The notes beneath the pieces were generated by a model that did not search any database, was not told the origin of the DNA, and saw nothing but the letters and a program-made list of their open reading frames with translations. A program made the position numbers and the translations under genes. A DNA stretch of 58,923 bases from Klebsormidium nitens (taxonomy: Eukaryota > Plantae > Klebsormidiophyceae), in assembly GCA_000708835.1 (NCBI GenBank), contig DF237502.1:1-58923 (forward strand). Direction: 5' to 3'. Positions 47,769 to 58,923 of the stretch are shown piece by piece. Each line of letters starts with the position of its first letter. Position 1 is the first letter of the stretch.

Positions 47769-48990
47769 TAGGGTTTCGCCATTGAGGTGCCCGGTACGTG
47801 CTCCTACTCGATTGATTCTGCATGCGGAATCGAGATACCTACCGTGCACAACTTCAAGTTCAAAGCCGAAAGGCTCCCCAACCAACCAACAATCGGCGGC
47901 GACGGTCTACCTATTGAACGTGTAATGAACACGGCCACTGCCAACGGCCCAACACTTCAATGCTGGCACGGCGTGCCCACGGCACTTACCATCGATCACA
48001 TTGGCATCACGCCATGAATGCAAGGCAATTAATGTTGGCTAGCTTCTATAAACTTATCTGTCCGAGGTCCGTCCGACTGATTGGATCATTGGTCGAGCAA
48101 GCGGCGGCGTCTCCGAAAATGTCACGGTGGCGGCAATCGATGCGTCGATCCTGACTGCATGCTGCAACTATGTACTGTCCGTGAGCTTCGATAAGAGCGC
48201 TTTAATACAAGTGGGGCGTTACACTCAGGCTCCATATGCATCGGGGGCCGGCCCAGTGACATATAACTGGCTTCAAGTTGGCGGTGTGCGTATGCAACTT
48301 TGCCATGCAGCTTCATTTAGAAGAATCGATCCGCGGCCCCCGGCCCGCGGGGCCGCATCCCCATCAGTGGCAGCTAGGCTCTCATGAAGTGAGCCTAATG
48401 AGGATCTGAGAGCTATATATACGTTGGACGGTCCCGCCGGGACTCGACTTTGCGGGCGGGCCATGCCTGCATGCGCATGCCAGCTCGTCATGTCCCCTCT
48501 AGCCGCCCTATAGCTTAAGTTAGTACAAACAAATGGCCGAATGCCAGGGAACGCGTGCACCGCGGACTGGCGTCGTCGGTTGATCTTTGCACACAATTCT
48601 TGATCAGACCGTGCCGCCCGCCGCGCCGCAAAAGAGAATCCGCCATATATTGATAGCCGCGCGCGGCATTGTTTCAACATGTCACTGTGCAGCTAGTGTA
48701 TGACGGTATAAAGTATGCAGAGCCGCGCGCGACGTCAATGATCGTTGTTGGATCAGCTGGCAAGCGGAAGGTCGGCTATATAGTATATGATCACAGTTTC
48801 AATGCCAGAGTTCAATGTCACTGACGTACTTGTAAAATACTAGCTGCCGCCCATTTGACCGAGCGGAGGGCGGCCTGCAAATAATGCAGCGAACTCATAC
48901 AAATGCATTCCGCGCACCATGGATTTTGAAGGCCCAAGCAGGCCCCACAGGAGATTTCGATGTATAACGGAGTCTCATTGTCGTCCTTAT

Positions 48991-51900
48991 TTACAGTATC
49001 CTTTTCTTTACAGAGTGTCTCAGAATTGAGCTATAGAACAAGGCCGACAAGCCCACCACGGAACCAGCAACCGCAAGGAAGGCATACGGGCTCTCCTCCA
49101 ACCCGGAAAACAAGTTCATGCCAAAGAGGGCAGCAACCGTGCCCCCAGATGCGATGGAAAATGTGCCCAAATTCAGCCGTACGTCCAGCCGGAGCAGCTC
49201 GTTCCTTTGACTGCATGCCAGATTAGGCCAGTTGTCAGCAGCAGTCACCAGTCTGCTTAGGATTGTCAGAGCCGCTGTTTATTTTGGCCACAGTTCGACA
49301 AGCTGATCTAGCGGATCCTTGGACGGAACCAACTGGGGATTTGCAGGGAATCTATGACAGTTGCCGTGAAGCATCAGTCTCGAGACGTTAGCCTGGATGC
49401 GCGAGGATGCACCTCCGCTAGACAGGCGCTCAAGAAAGGTCAGCCAGCGTCGAAGAAAGGCGAGAGTTCCCGGCCGTGTGCTCTGTCTTTCGCAGCGACC
49501 GAACCGACGATGCACAATATTCCACAATATTCCGGCGACGTTCTGACTGAAACCTGTCTCCGAGCGGGTTAAGAGGGGTGAGGGGCTGCTTTACCTGTCG
49601 AGCATGGTGCGCATGTGCTCCTCCCGGAAGCTCATTTTCTCCATCAGCTGCGACAGCGTGCTCTCCACGTCGTCGACGCGCCGCGCCGCATTCTCCAACA
49701 GCTCCTCCGCCTGCGACCAACGAGCAAGGGTCGGATTCCACACGACGCGAGCCTGGCCACTTGCATACCACATCAGGGCTGAGCATCCGAAAAGCGAAAG
49801 TGCGCGGAACGACGCTGCATAACGATAAGAACAACGGCAGATTCGCGCCCGTGAGACGAATCGGGTACCTTTACTTTCACACTGGAGACAAAGTTCCTCG
49901 AAAGCGATGTCACGATCCTCCATATGTGAGTGAAAGGTTCTCAGGATACTATGACGTCTTTATTTCGTTCGATCGAACACGACCGCTTGATGCTGCTTTG
50001 AGCACAATCAGGTGCAAAGGTAAAGACAACGGAGCACGTAAGAGCGGAAACGCTTCTCTAGCAGCAGCCAATTGGGATGGAAAAGCTCAGTCGTGGGCGC
50101 TCACCTCTTCGTGCTGATCCTTGTGTGGGGGCCTGCCAGCTGCTTTTGCGGTCAGGTAAAGATCGGACATGTCCTGCATCGAAGAGAGAGCATTGAATCG
50201 AAAAGGTACTTTAAAAATGAAGGTCCTGAGCTACTCCTGGGAGCGACTAGGTTTTGCTTTATAATCGAGAACGGCCAGCGGACCTAAAGGAAACCCGTAG
50301 GACCGTTTCAAAATAAATACCTTCGACGAGGTATTTCGTCGCCGCATCCAAAAGTAGTCCGCATTTGCAAGCAGAGCAACACAACAGGATGTCAAGTCGG
50401 AAGAAGCTTATGCACTTCAAGGTCCTAAAGCGTACGCGAAGCAAGAGCGTGAGAATGTGCAGTCGTTTGAGTCGTTTTCAGGCTGCGAATGTCACCTCGT
50501 CGTTGTCGAGGATGCTCTCGAGCGCGGCCTTGATCGCGCCGACCTCGCCTTGCAGCCGCAGCAATCTGAAACAAGCACGCGCAGGCAGGCCCGTCAGTCG
50601 CAGGCCTTCGTACGTTGGCTCCAAGGCGAAGTTCGAAACTCTTGACGAAGTCAGTAATCTCAAGATGAACACGTGATTGAACTTGGAGAATACAGCCGCC
50701 AGCTGCCACTGGAGGCCGCCAAATCCGGCATTGAACGGATCTGTGATCATGGACACTGGAGGGTTCTCCATCCTACAGGCTACGAAGCACGAAACAAAGC
50801 AACCGGTTCAACAAAAGATGGTGCAATCAACGGTCCCTCTCTTCCCAGACGAGTTCATGATACTACCCCGTTCCCCCTCGGATAACCCCTCATGAGGTCG
50901 ACCTGTTTGAGGATCCTACTCTAGCGAATGCACTTTTCCTTCTCGAACCAATTTCGCAGAGCGGGGCGTGCTTCCACACCTTGTTTTGAGGCCCATAAGC
51001 TTGGTCTGCTCTTCTTGCTGCAGCGCGCGGCGGTGCTTCACGTTCGCCTCCAGCTTGTCCAGTACGCCCTCCACGTCAGGCCGCAACCCCTGCACCGCAT
51101 CGAACCCCCGTAGCTGAGACAAGATACTCTTCAAAGGGGGCACGAAATGCTGTGCAGAATATGATCGAATAAATGAGAAACAAAGGTTTCTTCTCTAAAA
51201 AACGGCGGCTGATCGACAGCGAGAAGCTGAAATTATAACCAAAAACATTCATCGGACGGACAAAGCAAGCGGTGTCAACGAAAAGCGAGAGTTTGCCTTC
51301 CAGCTGTTTTCTGCTCTCAATGAGTGGCGCAGCGAGACCAGACCAAAGCTAAGCTGTCAGCTACATGGGCATGCAGACTGTTGAAGGCGGATAACATAGA
51401 GCGAGAGAGTCAGCTTCCAGATCCAACATGCAAGCAACGCAATTCTGCTCACAGGTACGCCTTGCACGTGCACTCACGTCATACTTGTCCGCCAGCGTGC
51501 GGCACGTGTCGTCCAGGATCACCTCCAGCACGCGCAGCTCGAACGGCAGTGCGGCCTCAGGAAGTCCCCTCTGGATCAGCGCCGCAGGTGACGTGGCAGT
51601 CACTGGTGACCGCGGCCCGGCGCACTCCCACTCCGTCCAATGGTGCCGGCACTCCTCAGGGGGTCCTACGGCCAGCTTTCTTTCCCCCCCCGCCATCCCC
51701 TCTGGCAACAGAGCGTAAGGCGCCAGGCCCAGCTTGTCACGCACGCTGTTCGCCTCGCTGAACATGCCCACTAGCGCCGCTGACGTCACTGCCTCTGCGT
51801 GCCGCTCCCGCCCGTCCTGCAGCGTCCGCCCGATGCGGCTCGACAGCACCTTCTCGCGCGCCCGGAAGATGTCCGCCTGCCGGGCCGCCAGCCGGTGCTT

Positions 51901-53944
51901 GATCTCTCTCCGTTGCACTGCCAAACTGGCCGCGCGCGCCTCCAGCTCTTGTACGCTGCTCGAGAGTGGAACCCCCGCTTCCTTGGCTGCCTGTTGCAGC
52001 GACTCTGTCACCCCCCGTAGCCAGCGCTCGTCGCGCTTAACGCGGTACAGCCGTTCCCGGTCCATCAGCTGCGCCATGCGCAGCGCCTGCAGCGGGGCGT
52101 ATAGCTCGGACGAACCCTCCCGTACAGCCTCCACCCCGCCATTCAACTCCGCCCTGGTCTGCCCGCACTTCCGACAGCTGTCCAACTCTTGCATCGTGTC
52201 CTGCTCTTCTTTCAGCGGACTTGCAGTGTCGGCTGGCTCGTCCCTGTTTGTCTGCAGGCGCTGTGCGAGGAGGCGCGCGAGGGGGGGTATTCGCGGGCGG
52301 CCGCCGCCCCAGGCATCACGCGACTCAGGGTCAAAGACGAGGACCTCGCGGGCGGTGATGATGGCGCGCTGATCAAAGAGAGACACCAGGATGCAGGCGG
52401 GGCGGACCAGGATGGCGGGGTACTGCGCAGAGGGGAATGCGGTTGTAAGTGGTTGCTGAAAGTATTGTTCAACCTTTTGTCAGATATGACATGATCGAAA
52501 TGGGCTAGCTGTCTGGTTATCAAAATAGACCACGGCTCACAAAGCCGTTTGGAAAACAACTGTACTTTGCTTGGACGGCGCACATCAAACTTGTGTATAA
52601 GTTTTGAACCAACAAACGTTTCTCAATTACTCAGCTGGGTATTCCCCAGAAGGATCAAATTGGTCGAAGCCCCTTATCGCAACACATCATGCAGATCAAC
52701 GGCTGCTCTCGCATGAAAGCACGTTTGCACCCAATCTCTGTGTGCATCTTTGTCAATCAGGTGGTCAACAGAACCAGAACCGAATGCCCAACCTCTAATC
52801 CAGCAGCGTAACCTTGGCAGAAGCTTCAACCTCCATCTATTCATTGAGGGGGTTGAGGCCCCCCAGCTCCACTAAAAAAGAGTTTTTTTCAAAACTACGC
52901 TCCAATCCCCCAGGAGATAGGCTGTGCGCTCATTCAAATTTCCAAAAGAGGGGTCACAAGAAAGCCCTTTGTAAGCGGAGGCGTCGGCCCTTCACCTGGG
53001 ACTTGAAGGCAGGGTCAATGGAGCGCAGGTCTCGCAGCGGAAGCCCGGCCAGGCGGCACAGGACCACCCTGCCAGACAAGGACACAGGCGGAGGGTGAGC
53101 CGCACCAACATATGCTCTAGGATGAAAGGAGCAACGTACGCTCTTGGGACGGCACAGACTGCACCACCAGATTTTAGAACTGCCCCCTCAAGTCATCCCA
53201 TGGGCAGTCAGGACCCCCTTGTCCACGGTCTGGAGGGCACGCCACGCTTCTCTACGTTGATTATCCACATCTTTGAGGCCGCAAAATCCAGTGCTCAGAG
53301 ACTGTATTCAAAGCAGGTCGCCACCCACTTTCCACTAACCAAACTTTTCTTCTCAGCTTTTCAATGTTTTGAACCAGCATCACAGAGGTGGTGGCAAGAC
53401 ACACTGGTCTGTCACCGCTGGACAGACCATGCCCCGCTGCTGACCTGGGGTAGGCTGCGAGGTGCAGCTTGGTGGGGTCATGTGCCTGCACGGCGGTGAA
53501 GCTCATCACGCGGCTGCTCCCATCCTGGCCCCCCATCCCCCGCCCCCTGGCCTCCTCCATCGCAGCGCTTCTTTCCACAGCACCGCCACCGCCACTGCTG
53601 GCGCCACTGGAGAAGTGGCGGGCATGCAACCAGTAGTCATGTGGAAAGTGTGTGCTTGGGATCTCATGATCGCTAGTGGTCGCACATCGGCCGTAAAAGC
53701 CAACTACGCTACTAGCGCGGCTGCCCACTTGTGGTGCCAAGCTGAACAGCGGTGGTATGCACAGATTCTGATTTGGGCCTTGCGTTGGCGGGGCTTCCCT
53801 GAGCAGCCTGGCCCTGAGAAGACGTGACAGGACCCGCTGAGACAGGTGCCAGTACGCAGACCAGCTTGGTTCCCTGGCCAGCATCAGAGCAATGTCGTGG
53901 CCAGCGGGGAGCAGCATTGCCTGCCAAGCCAGCCCCGCTAGCAT
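48991..53944 (-). CDS. MRS2: MRS2/CorA-family magnesium channel with N-terminal organellar presequence and a large internal insertion, about 700 aa
   Basis: 8 minus-strand exons: 53944-53445, 53068-52996, 52422-51478, 51089-50980 (alternative acceptor 51113), 50565-50496, 50173-50105, 49710-49595, 49210-48991. Motifs: LPLRDLRSIDP, LPFELRVLEVIL, LDNDEDMSDLYLT, QRNELLRLDV, and two C-terminal TM helices with the GMN signature (ALFGMNL). Confidence 0.92.
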
Positions 53945-54126
53945 CTCCGACTTCAACGGCAGCCAGGATTCCTTTCTCTACTCAGCAACGCTGCAGAAGT
54001 GCCGCCCGCCACATCTCAACTAGGTGAATCAGGGCTCGTGGGACATGCAACTTGCAAGCCTAGGGTACGGTAGATCTCAATGCCCCTGGGCCCTGGCCCC
54101 CTAGGTAGATGATTGCTCAGGCAACC

Positions 54127-54135
54127 AAACCCTAA
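54127..54135 (+). promoter_or_regulatory. Telo-box (AAACCCTAA) in the MRS2/TRL4 divergent promoter
   Basis: Exact AAACCCTAA between two divergent start codons. The telo-box is a known green-plant promoter element, but a single 9-mer can occur by chance. Confidence 0.35.
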
Positions 54136-54242
54136 AACCCGAAGAACCTTTACCACTTTGAGCCTTTCCGAGTCATTTGTTAACGCTGCCCGCAGTTGAA
54201 TTCATCCACCCTAGATTCTGAGATATTTGCCATCGTGGCAGC

Positions 54243-54248
54243 CACGTG
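54243..54248. promoter_or_regulatory. G-box (GCCACGTGG context) in the MRS2/TRL4 divergent promoter
   Basis: CACGTG flanked by GC and GT about 390 nt upstream of the TRL4 ATG. G-boxes are typical of light-responsive plastid-protein genes. Confidence 0.3.
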
Positions 54249-54630
54249 GTCAAAAGGCCACATATGCATTGACGGCCCGCGACTCCAACGAGCAAAGGCT
54301 GCACTGAAAGCCTGGCACTTCCGGGCCCGAGCTGGCAAAGCAGATCTCTAGAGCTTCCTGCTGCGTCTTGGTACTAATAGAGCCGCCGTCACCTCAACGT
54401 GGGAGTAGTTTGAAAACCTGTTGCATAGGCGCTTCCAAGCGGGGCGGTCAGCTCTTGTCTCGATTCCTAGCGTTCCTGCATGCGTTTAGCAGTACTTTAG
54501 AGAGGTCTGTGGCGTACACAAAGCTGATCTTTTTGTTGGGCACGTTCCCAACTGTAGCCAGATAAATCGAAAGGGGCACCAGAATTCGTGGCAACTGCTT
54601 TAGATCTGTGGCTTTTGATCTTCCAGCGCA

Positions 54631-57110
54631 ATGTCAGCGACACGTGCCGCATCCCTCTTTGAGCCAGGAACCTTTGTGAATTTCCGCTGTGCTGCACACG
54701 CGTGCCCCACCCGGGGTGCGGCGGAGGCACCAGGATGCTCCTTCTCGCACATGCCTCTGCAGGCACAATCCCGCCGGCAGTGGCAGCCCTCCAAGTCCCG
54801 ATCATCTGGATTGGGGCCCAGAAGTCAGTGGTGTGCCTCACAGCAGCTACAGGGCGAAAGTGGCTGTGATCGAACGCACTCTCTTTCTGCAGCCAATCAT
54901 TTTGGCGGGCACTTGCTAAGAATATTGCAAACCGGAACTGGATGCGCATCAAGCAGAAGCGAGCGGCGATACAGGGGTGGTGTGCGCGCAGCGATCAACA
55001 TTGACCGCAGGCGACACCTGGAGGAGGCGTTCAAGCGCCAGCTGGTGAGGGACTGTTCTCTGTTGCTATCGATATGCGGCCAGGGTGTTTGTGCTTTAGA
55101 GAGGTTGCTGGGCTCACAATCGAAGCTCGTAAGTCCATTTTTTGGAGGCCCCAACGCGCTGACCTTGAGGGTGACCAACCTGGACAGCTTTGACCGTCAT
55201 CTTTGGCTGCTAAGTAACCATCATCAATCAAGGTCACAAGATCCTCATGTGGTCCAAAATCATGGTGGCCGGAGGTGTCGGGTTTTTAATCTGTTGTGCA
55301 GTGAGTCTTTTGCCCCACTTCTGGTCACTATTGATAACCAATATCCTGGCCTCGGGCCAGATCAGAAAATCCAGAGTTTCATGACCGCAAGTAAATCTGC
55401 ATCTGGTGGGGGCGTGCAGGAGCTGGAGGCGCAGGCGGAGGAGGACAGCGGGACGTGCCCTGTGGACTGCGTCACGCCGGTGCGCAACCTAGCCGAGTTT
55501 CAAAAGGTGCTCGACGAAGCGGAGGCCAGCGACGACCTGGTGAGGCTCACGCCCATGGCGGCAGGCTCGAGAGTTTCACCTGGGCGCTCAAACAGAATCG
55601 TGGGATGCCTGTAGTTGCCCCTTTGGAGTGGGCGTCGAGCAGGTTTTGCGGTTGTGAGGACAAGTTGTGTGATCTTTCAAAGGCTGCGACAGTATGCGCA
55701 AAATGGTGAAGATATCTGAAGCTGCTGATGACACTCTGGTCGCACCCGAAAGGCACCGCCCAAAAGTCCTCAGTAAGCATTGTCTATCAACTTTGGCATT
55801 GAGTGGCTGGTCCAACCCCATATTGCCGCATGAATTGGCGAACATTGCAGGCAGCTGTACGTGGTGCAAGTGATCTGCATTGAAGAATGTCGACAAGGCA
55901 CGTGAGCTGGCGTAACACCCCAAATATGCACCATCCCATAGACACGGTGTCCATGTGAGAAGCTTGCCATATCTTCGTTCATTGCGCGCTCTCCGTGTGA
56001 ACGGGAAAATCGTTGTGCAGGTGGTGGTGGATTTCTACAATGCTGCGTGTGGGTCGTGCAAGTACATCCTGCCGCAGTTCGTCAAGATGTGCAAGAGCGG
56101 GGGGCAGGGCGCGGGGGGCATGGGCGGGGTCGTCTTTGTGAAGCACGACGTGAGGGACGAGTATGACGAACTCACGGTGAGCGGCAGCAAGCAAGAAGAC
56201 CATTCTCCTGACACTGGGGGAAAGGACACCGGCAGAGAAACACTGGTTTAGTCTGATTGTTCAATGTCGACTGTGTAAGTTCGGAAGTTACTAAATGAGT
56301 CTCGGACCTTGTTTGGGTATCTCTCTACCCTCGAAAGTCGATTTGAGGCAATTTTGGTGAGCGAATCCAAGGATGCTCGGTTCTCGACGATCTGCAATTG
56401 CGCCTTCTAACTAGCTGCAAGGCGAGTTCCGGTTCAGTGCTTGGCCAACCGGGGTCTGCCAAGGGGGCTGCGACTTGGTGGCCACTTCGAGTAGGGGAGG
56501 TGCTAGCATCAGCACTAGCTGGCGTACCTAAGCCGTCATATATTGGCAAGGGGCACGCCATGCTGGTGCAATATGTGCAGGCTTCATCATGAGTGGCGAG
56601 TCGAAGGCCCGACAACTTATCTGTCGAGTGTCGCCGTGTGCAGGACCTGGCCCGCTTCTACCGCATCCGCATGGTGCCCATGTTCGCATTCTTCCAGGTG
56701 AGTCCCGGCATGCGCTGCTGCCGGCTCTGGGGCAAGCATGGTTTGCATGTGCTGTTTGTGCTTCACCTAGTGGTAGCACGCGGTTAGTGCCTTAACGAAA
56801 GGCCAGCACGTTGTCACGCGTTGGGGCACGAATCAGCGGGACTGAATAGAGGGGCTAATGGACGCATGGTGGTTGAGCCCGCTGTTGATTGAAGGTTTGT
56901 CGCGGTGTCATACTTGGTCTAAGACTGTGTGGTGGCGTCAACTTAAAGTTTAATCTCCCTTTGCAGGACGGCAGCCGCAAGGAGCAGTTCGCCACCCGGG
57001 ACAAGCAGAGGGTGGAGCGCACCATCAAGGCATTGCTGAACCGGCGGAAAACGTTTCAGGAAACTTATGGAGATAGAAGTGAGCACGAAAAGACCAATGG
57101 GGATAGCTGA
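54631..57110 (+). CDS. TRL4: Chloroplast thioredoxin-like 4 (Lilium-type, ACGSC active site), about 295 aa
   Basis: 5 exons: 54631-55044, 55420-55539, 56021-56176, 56644-56697, 56967-57110. CPVDCV...LVVVDFYNAACGSCKYI...VFVKHDVRDEYDE...FATRDK matches the recalled plant TRX-like 4 pattern. The N-terminus resembles a transit peptide. Exon 1 boundaries are less certain. Confidence 0.88.
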
Positions 57111-58259
57111 GTGCGGCTAGATGCTACTGTTTGATGCACTAGTGAATACGTAAAATAAGGGGAAAAGCTCTTATCATCAAAAGGTTCAACGTTCCAGTCA
57201 ATTGATTGTGTTGTATGTCTTAGTCATAGGTTGTCGGATCGTCCATCAACAATCAGGTCAAATGTTTGGTATTAGATGTCCGACTGTACAGTGTAACTTG
57301 AAACGCTTAGTGCCGAGGCTAGACGCTAGCCGAGCAGGAATATAGATCAGGTTTGCAGTGATTGTACGTTCGAAAGCAAGGTAGTCCGCGTTTCCGGATT
57401 CTGGCCTCAGTGCGATAGTCACAAACCGGCGCGGCCAAGAGTGATGGGCGCATCCAATCGCTTAAGTTGCATCAGATCCAGGCCCACCGTGCATCATCTT
57501 AAGGCGAGGCGACCACCCCGAGGGCCTCAGCTCCACAAGCCTGAAGTTAACTGTGACTTAACGCTGAAAGCGGGGGCGCGCCAGAGGTTTGCTCCTGTCT
57601 ATAAATACGTATACATGTTCAACCGCGTATGTCAGATTGAGATTGTCTGGTACTGCCAGGTAGCTCAATGTCATAGTATATAGGTATACATAAGCTCATG
57701 CAATTAAGCTACGATGAGAATGATCATCATGCATTAGCTAGTAATTATTAATGATGCCTGCATGCAGCATGATGGATCTTCCAACCGTCATTGCAACGCG
57801 ATGCCATGCAACGATCATCGATGTCACTGTGTATCGCGTTGTTCTAGATTAATGTAAGTAGCTAAGTTGAAGTTACCGTGCCCCGACCGAGCTGAGCGTT
57901 GAGCTAGGTCGGACCCATCATGCAGAGTGAGCGGCCCTTTTTTGAACCTTGGTTTTGCCAAGCCTAAGTCAACCGCAAGCTAAGGGCCGCGCCGGGCGCA
58001 CTGGCGCATCAATCAAACTTAATTAGGCCCCTAAATTACTTGGCAATGACCGTACAGGCTCGTCATGTGACTCACTCATACATGCATGGTAACTACGTTG
58101 CGGGCTCCCTGGCCAGCCCTCTTAATCATGCATGGCCACCATCACAACGCTCCAACGCGTCCAAGTAAGGGGGCGCGGCCTGACGGTTTTCGAGAGATTC
58201 ACTGACAGTAGGCTGCAGTGTATTCTGCCGGTGATTCGCGATCGATCCGAATGACGAGA

Positions 58260-58305
58260 GTGACGGAGCCTCAAATTTGTCAGTGACGGGGCCTCAAATT
58301 TGTCG
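58260..58305 (+). repeat. 23-bp direct tandem repeat (2 copies) in a decayed intergenic block
   Basis: GTGACGGAGCCTCAAATTTGTCA followed immediately by GTGACGGGGCCTCAAATTTGTCG (2 mismatches). Confidence 0.85.
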
Positions 58306-58923
58306 ATCGAAATTTCAATAGTACGGGTTTCCGGGAAGCTTTCGGAAAGCTGTCAATTCACAGTGAATTCGATCACTCAAGTAGGAAGTTGGTAGGTCTG
58401 GAGGGTCAAAATGGACCTCCGCTACGGTTGGAGGAGTCCCCGGCCACAGCTGTGAATTTGTACAACGTTTGTGCAACGTTACAACTCGGGCAATATGTTC
58501 CTAAGGTCCTCTGGTAGATCATACTCTAAATTCAGCTGTGAACTACGAAAATCGTGGCATGCACAGCTTCAAGTTCTACGCTACAAACCCGAAAACCCAA
58601 AAAATTGCTGATTTGGACCATTTTCGAGTCAGTGGTGAAACCTGCCTACCGCGCGAATTCGGCTTTACGCGTGCGGAAGATTTTCCCGGTTGCGTTGTGA
58701 TGCGCATGCCATCGCGAGGGTCTTGCACTAGCTATATATTTGACAAAGATTTGACGCCATAATATCGGCGACCATAAGCATCGATGCACGCGATCCATGA
58801 TGATCAATCGCTCACATGTGTAACGATTACGACTGGTTAAGCCTAACCTCGTTCTCGACAGGATTTCGTTGACCGCGAGTTAGCGAAACGGCGGTGGTTA
58901 CGTCTTAACGACGCACTGCGTAG

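Noticed and set aside
47277-47950. AACGG (MSA-like mitotic) elements near the TLP8 promoter
   Set aside because: Only two scattered pentamers, which is about the chance expectation.
1-58923. tRNA, rRNA, autonomous transposase or prokaryotic defence/operon systems
   Set aside because: No cloverleaf or T-loop motifs, rRNA-like segments, reverse transcriptase or DDE ORFs were recognised. All genes are spliceosomal-intron eukaryotic genes.

Overview
Eukaryotic, intron-rich nuclear DNA, not prokaryotic. The genes have close land-plant counterparts, which fits a streptophyte green alga such as Klebsormidium (inference, no search run). Six spliced protein-coding genes were rebuilt exon by exon with consistent phases: an AHK1-like membrane hybrid histidine kinase (+, 1260-15406), an mTERF9-like protein with a long N-terminal extension (-, 17991 to about 25012), an NDA-type alternative NAD(P)H dehydrogenase (+, 26816-33388), a very large TLP8-like Tubby protein (-, 35501-46509), an MRS2/CorA Mg2+ channel (-, 48991-53944) and a plastid thioredoxin-like 4 protein (+, 54631-57110). 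Non-coding features include two MITE-like inverted-repeat elements, a triple-hairpin cluster, decayed repeat-like intergenic blocks and a 280-nt N gap. The main unexplained signals are: (1) six degenerate copies of exon edges plus their splice sites, sitting 138-181 nt away in adjacent introns of three genes, five of which would give premature stops if used; (2) at least 16 copies of the palindrome TGACGTCA where about 1 is expected; (3) the roughly 1,900-aa disordered N-terminus of the Tubby protein, with spaced FFSP motifs, KEN boxes and CDK sites; and (4) three back-to-back inverted repeats upstream of that gene. All homology calls come from recognised motifs and recalled family sequences, not database searches.
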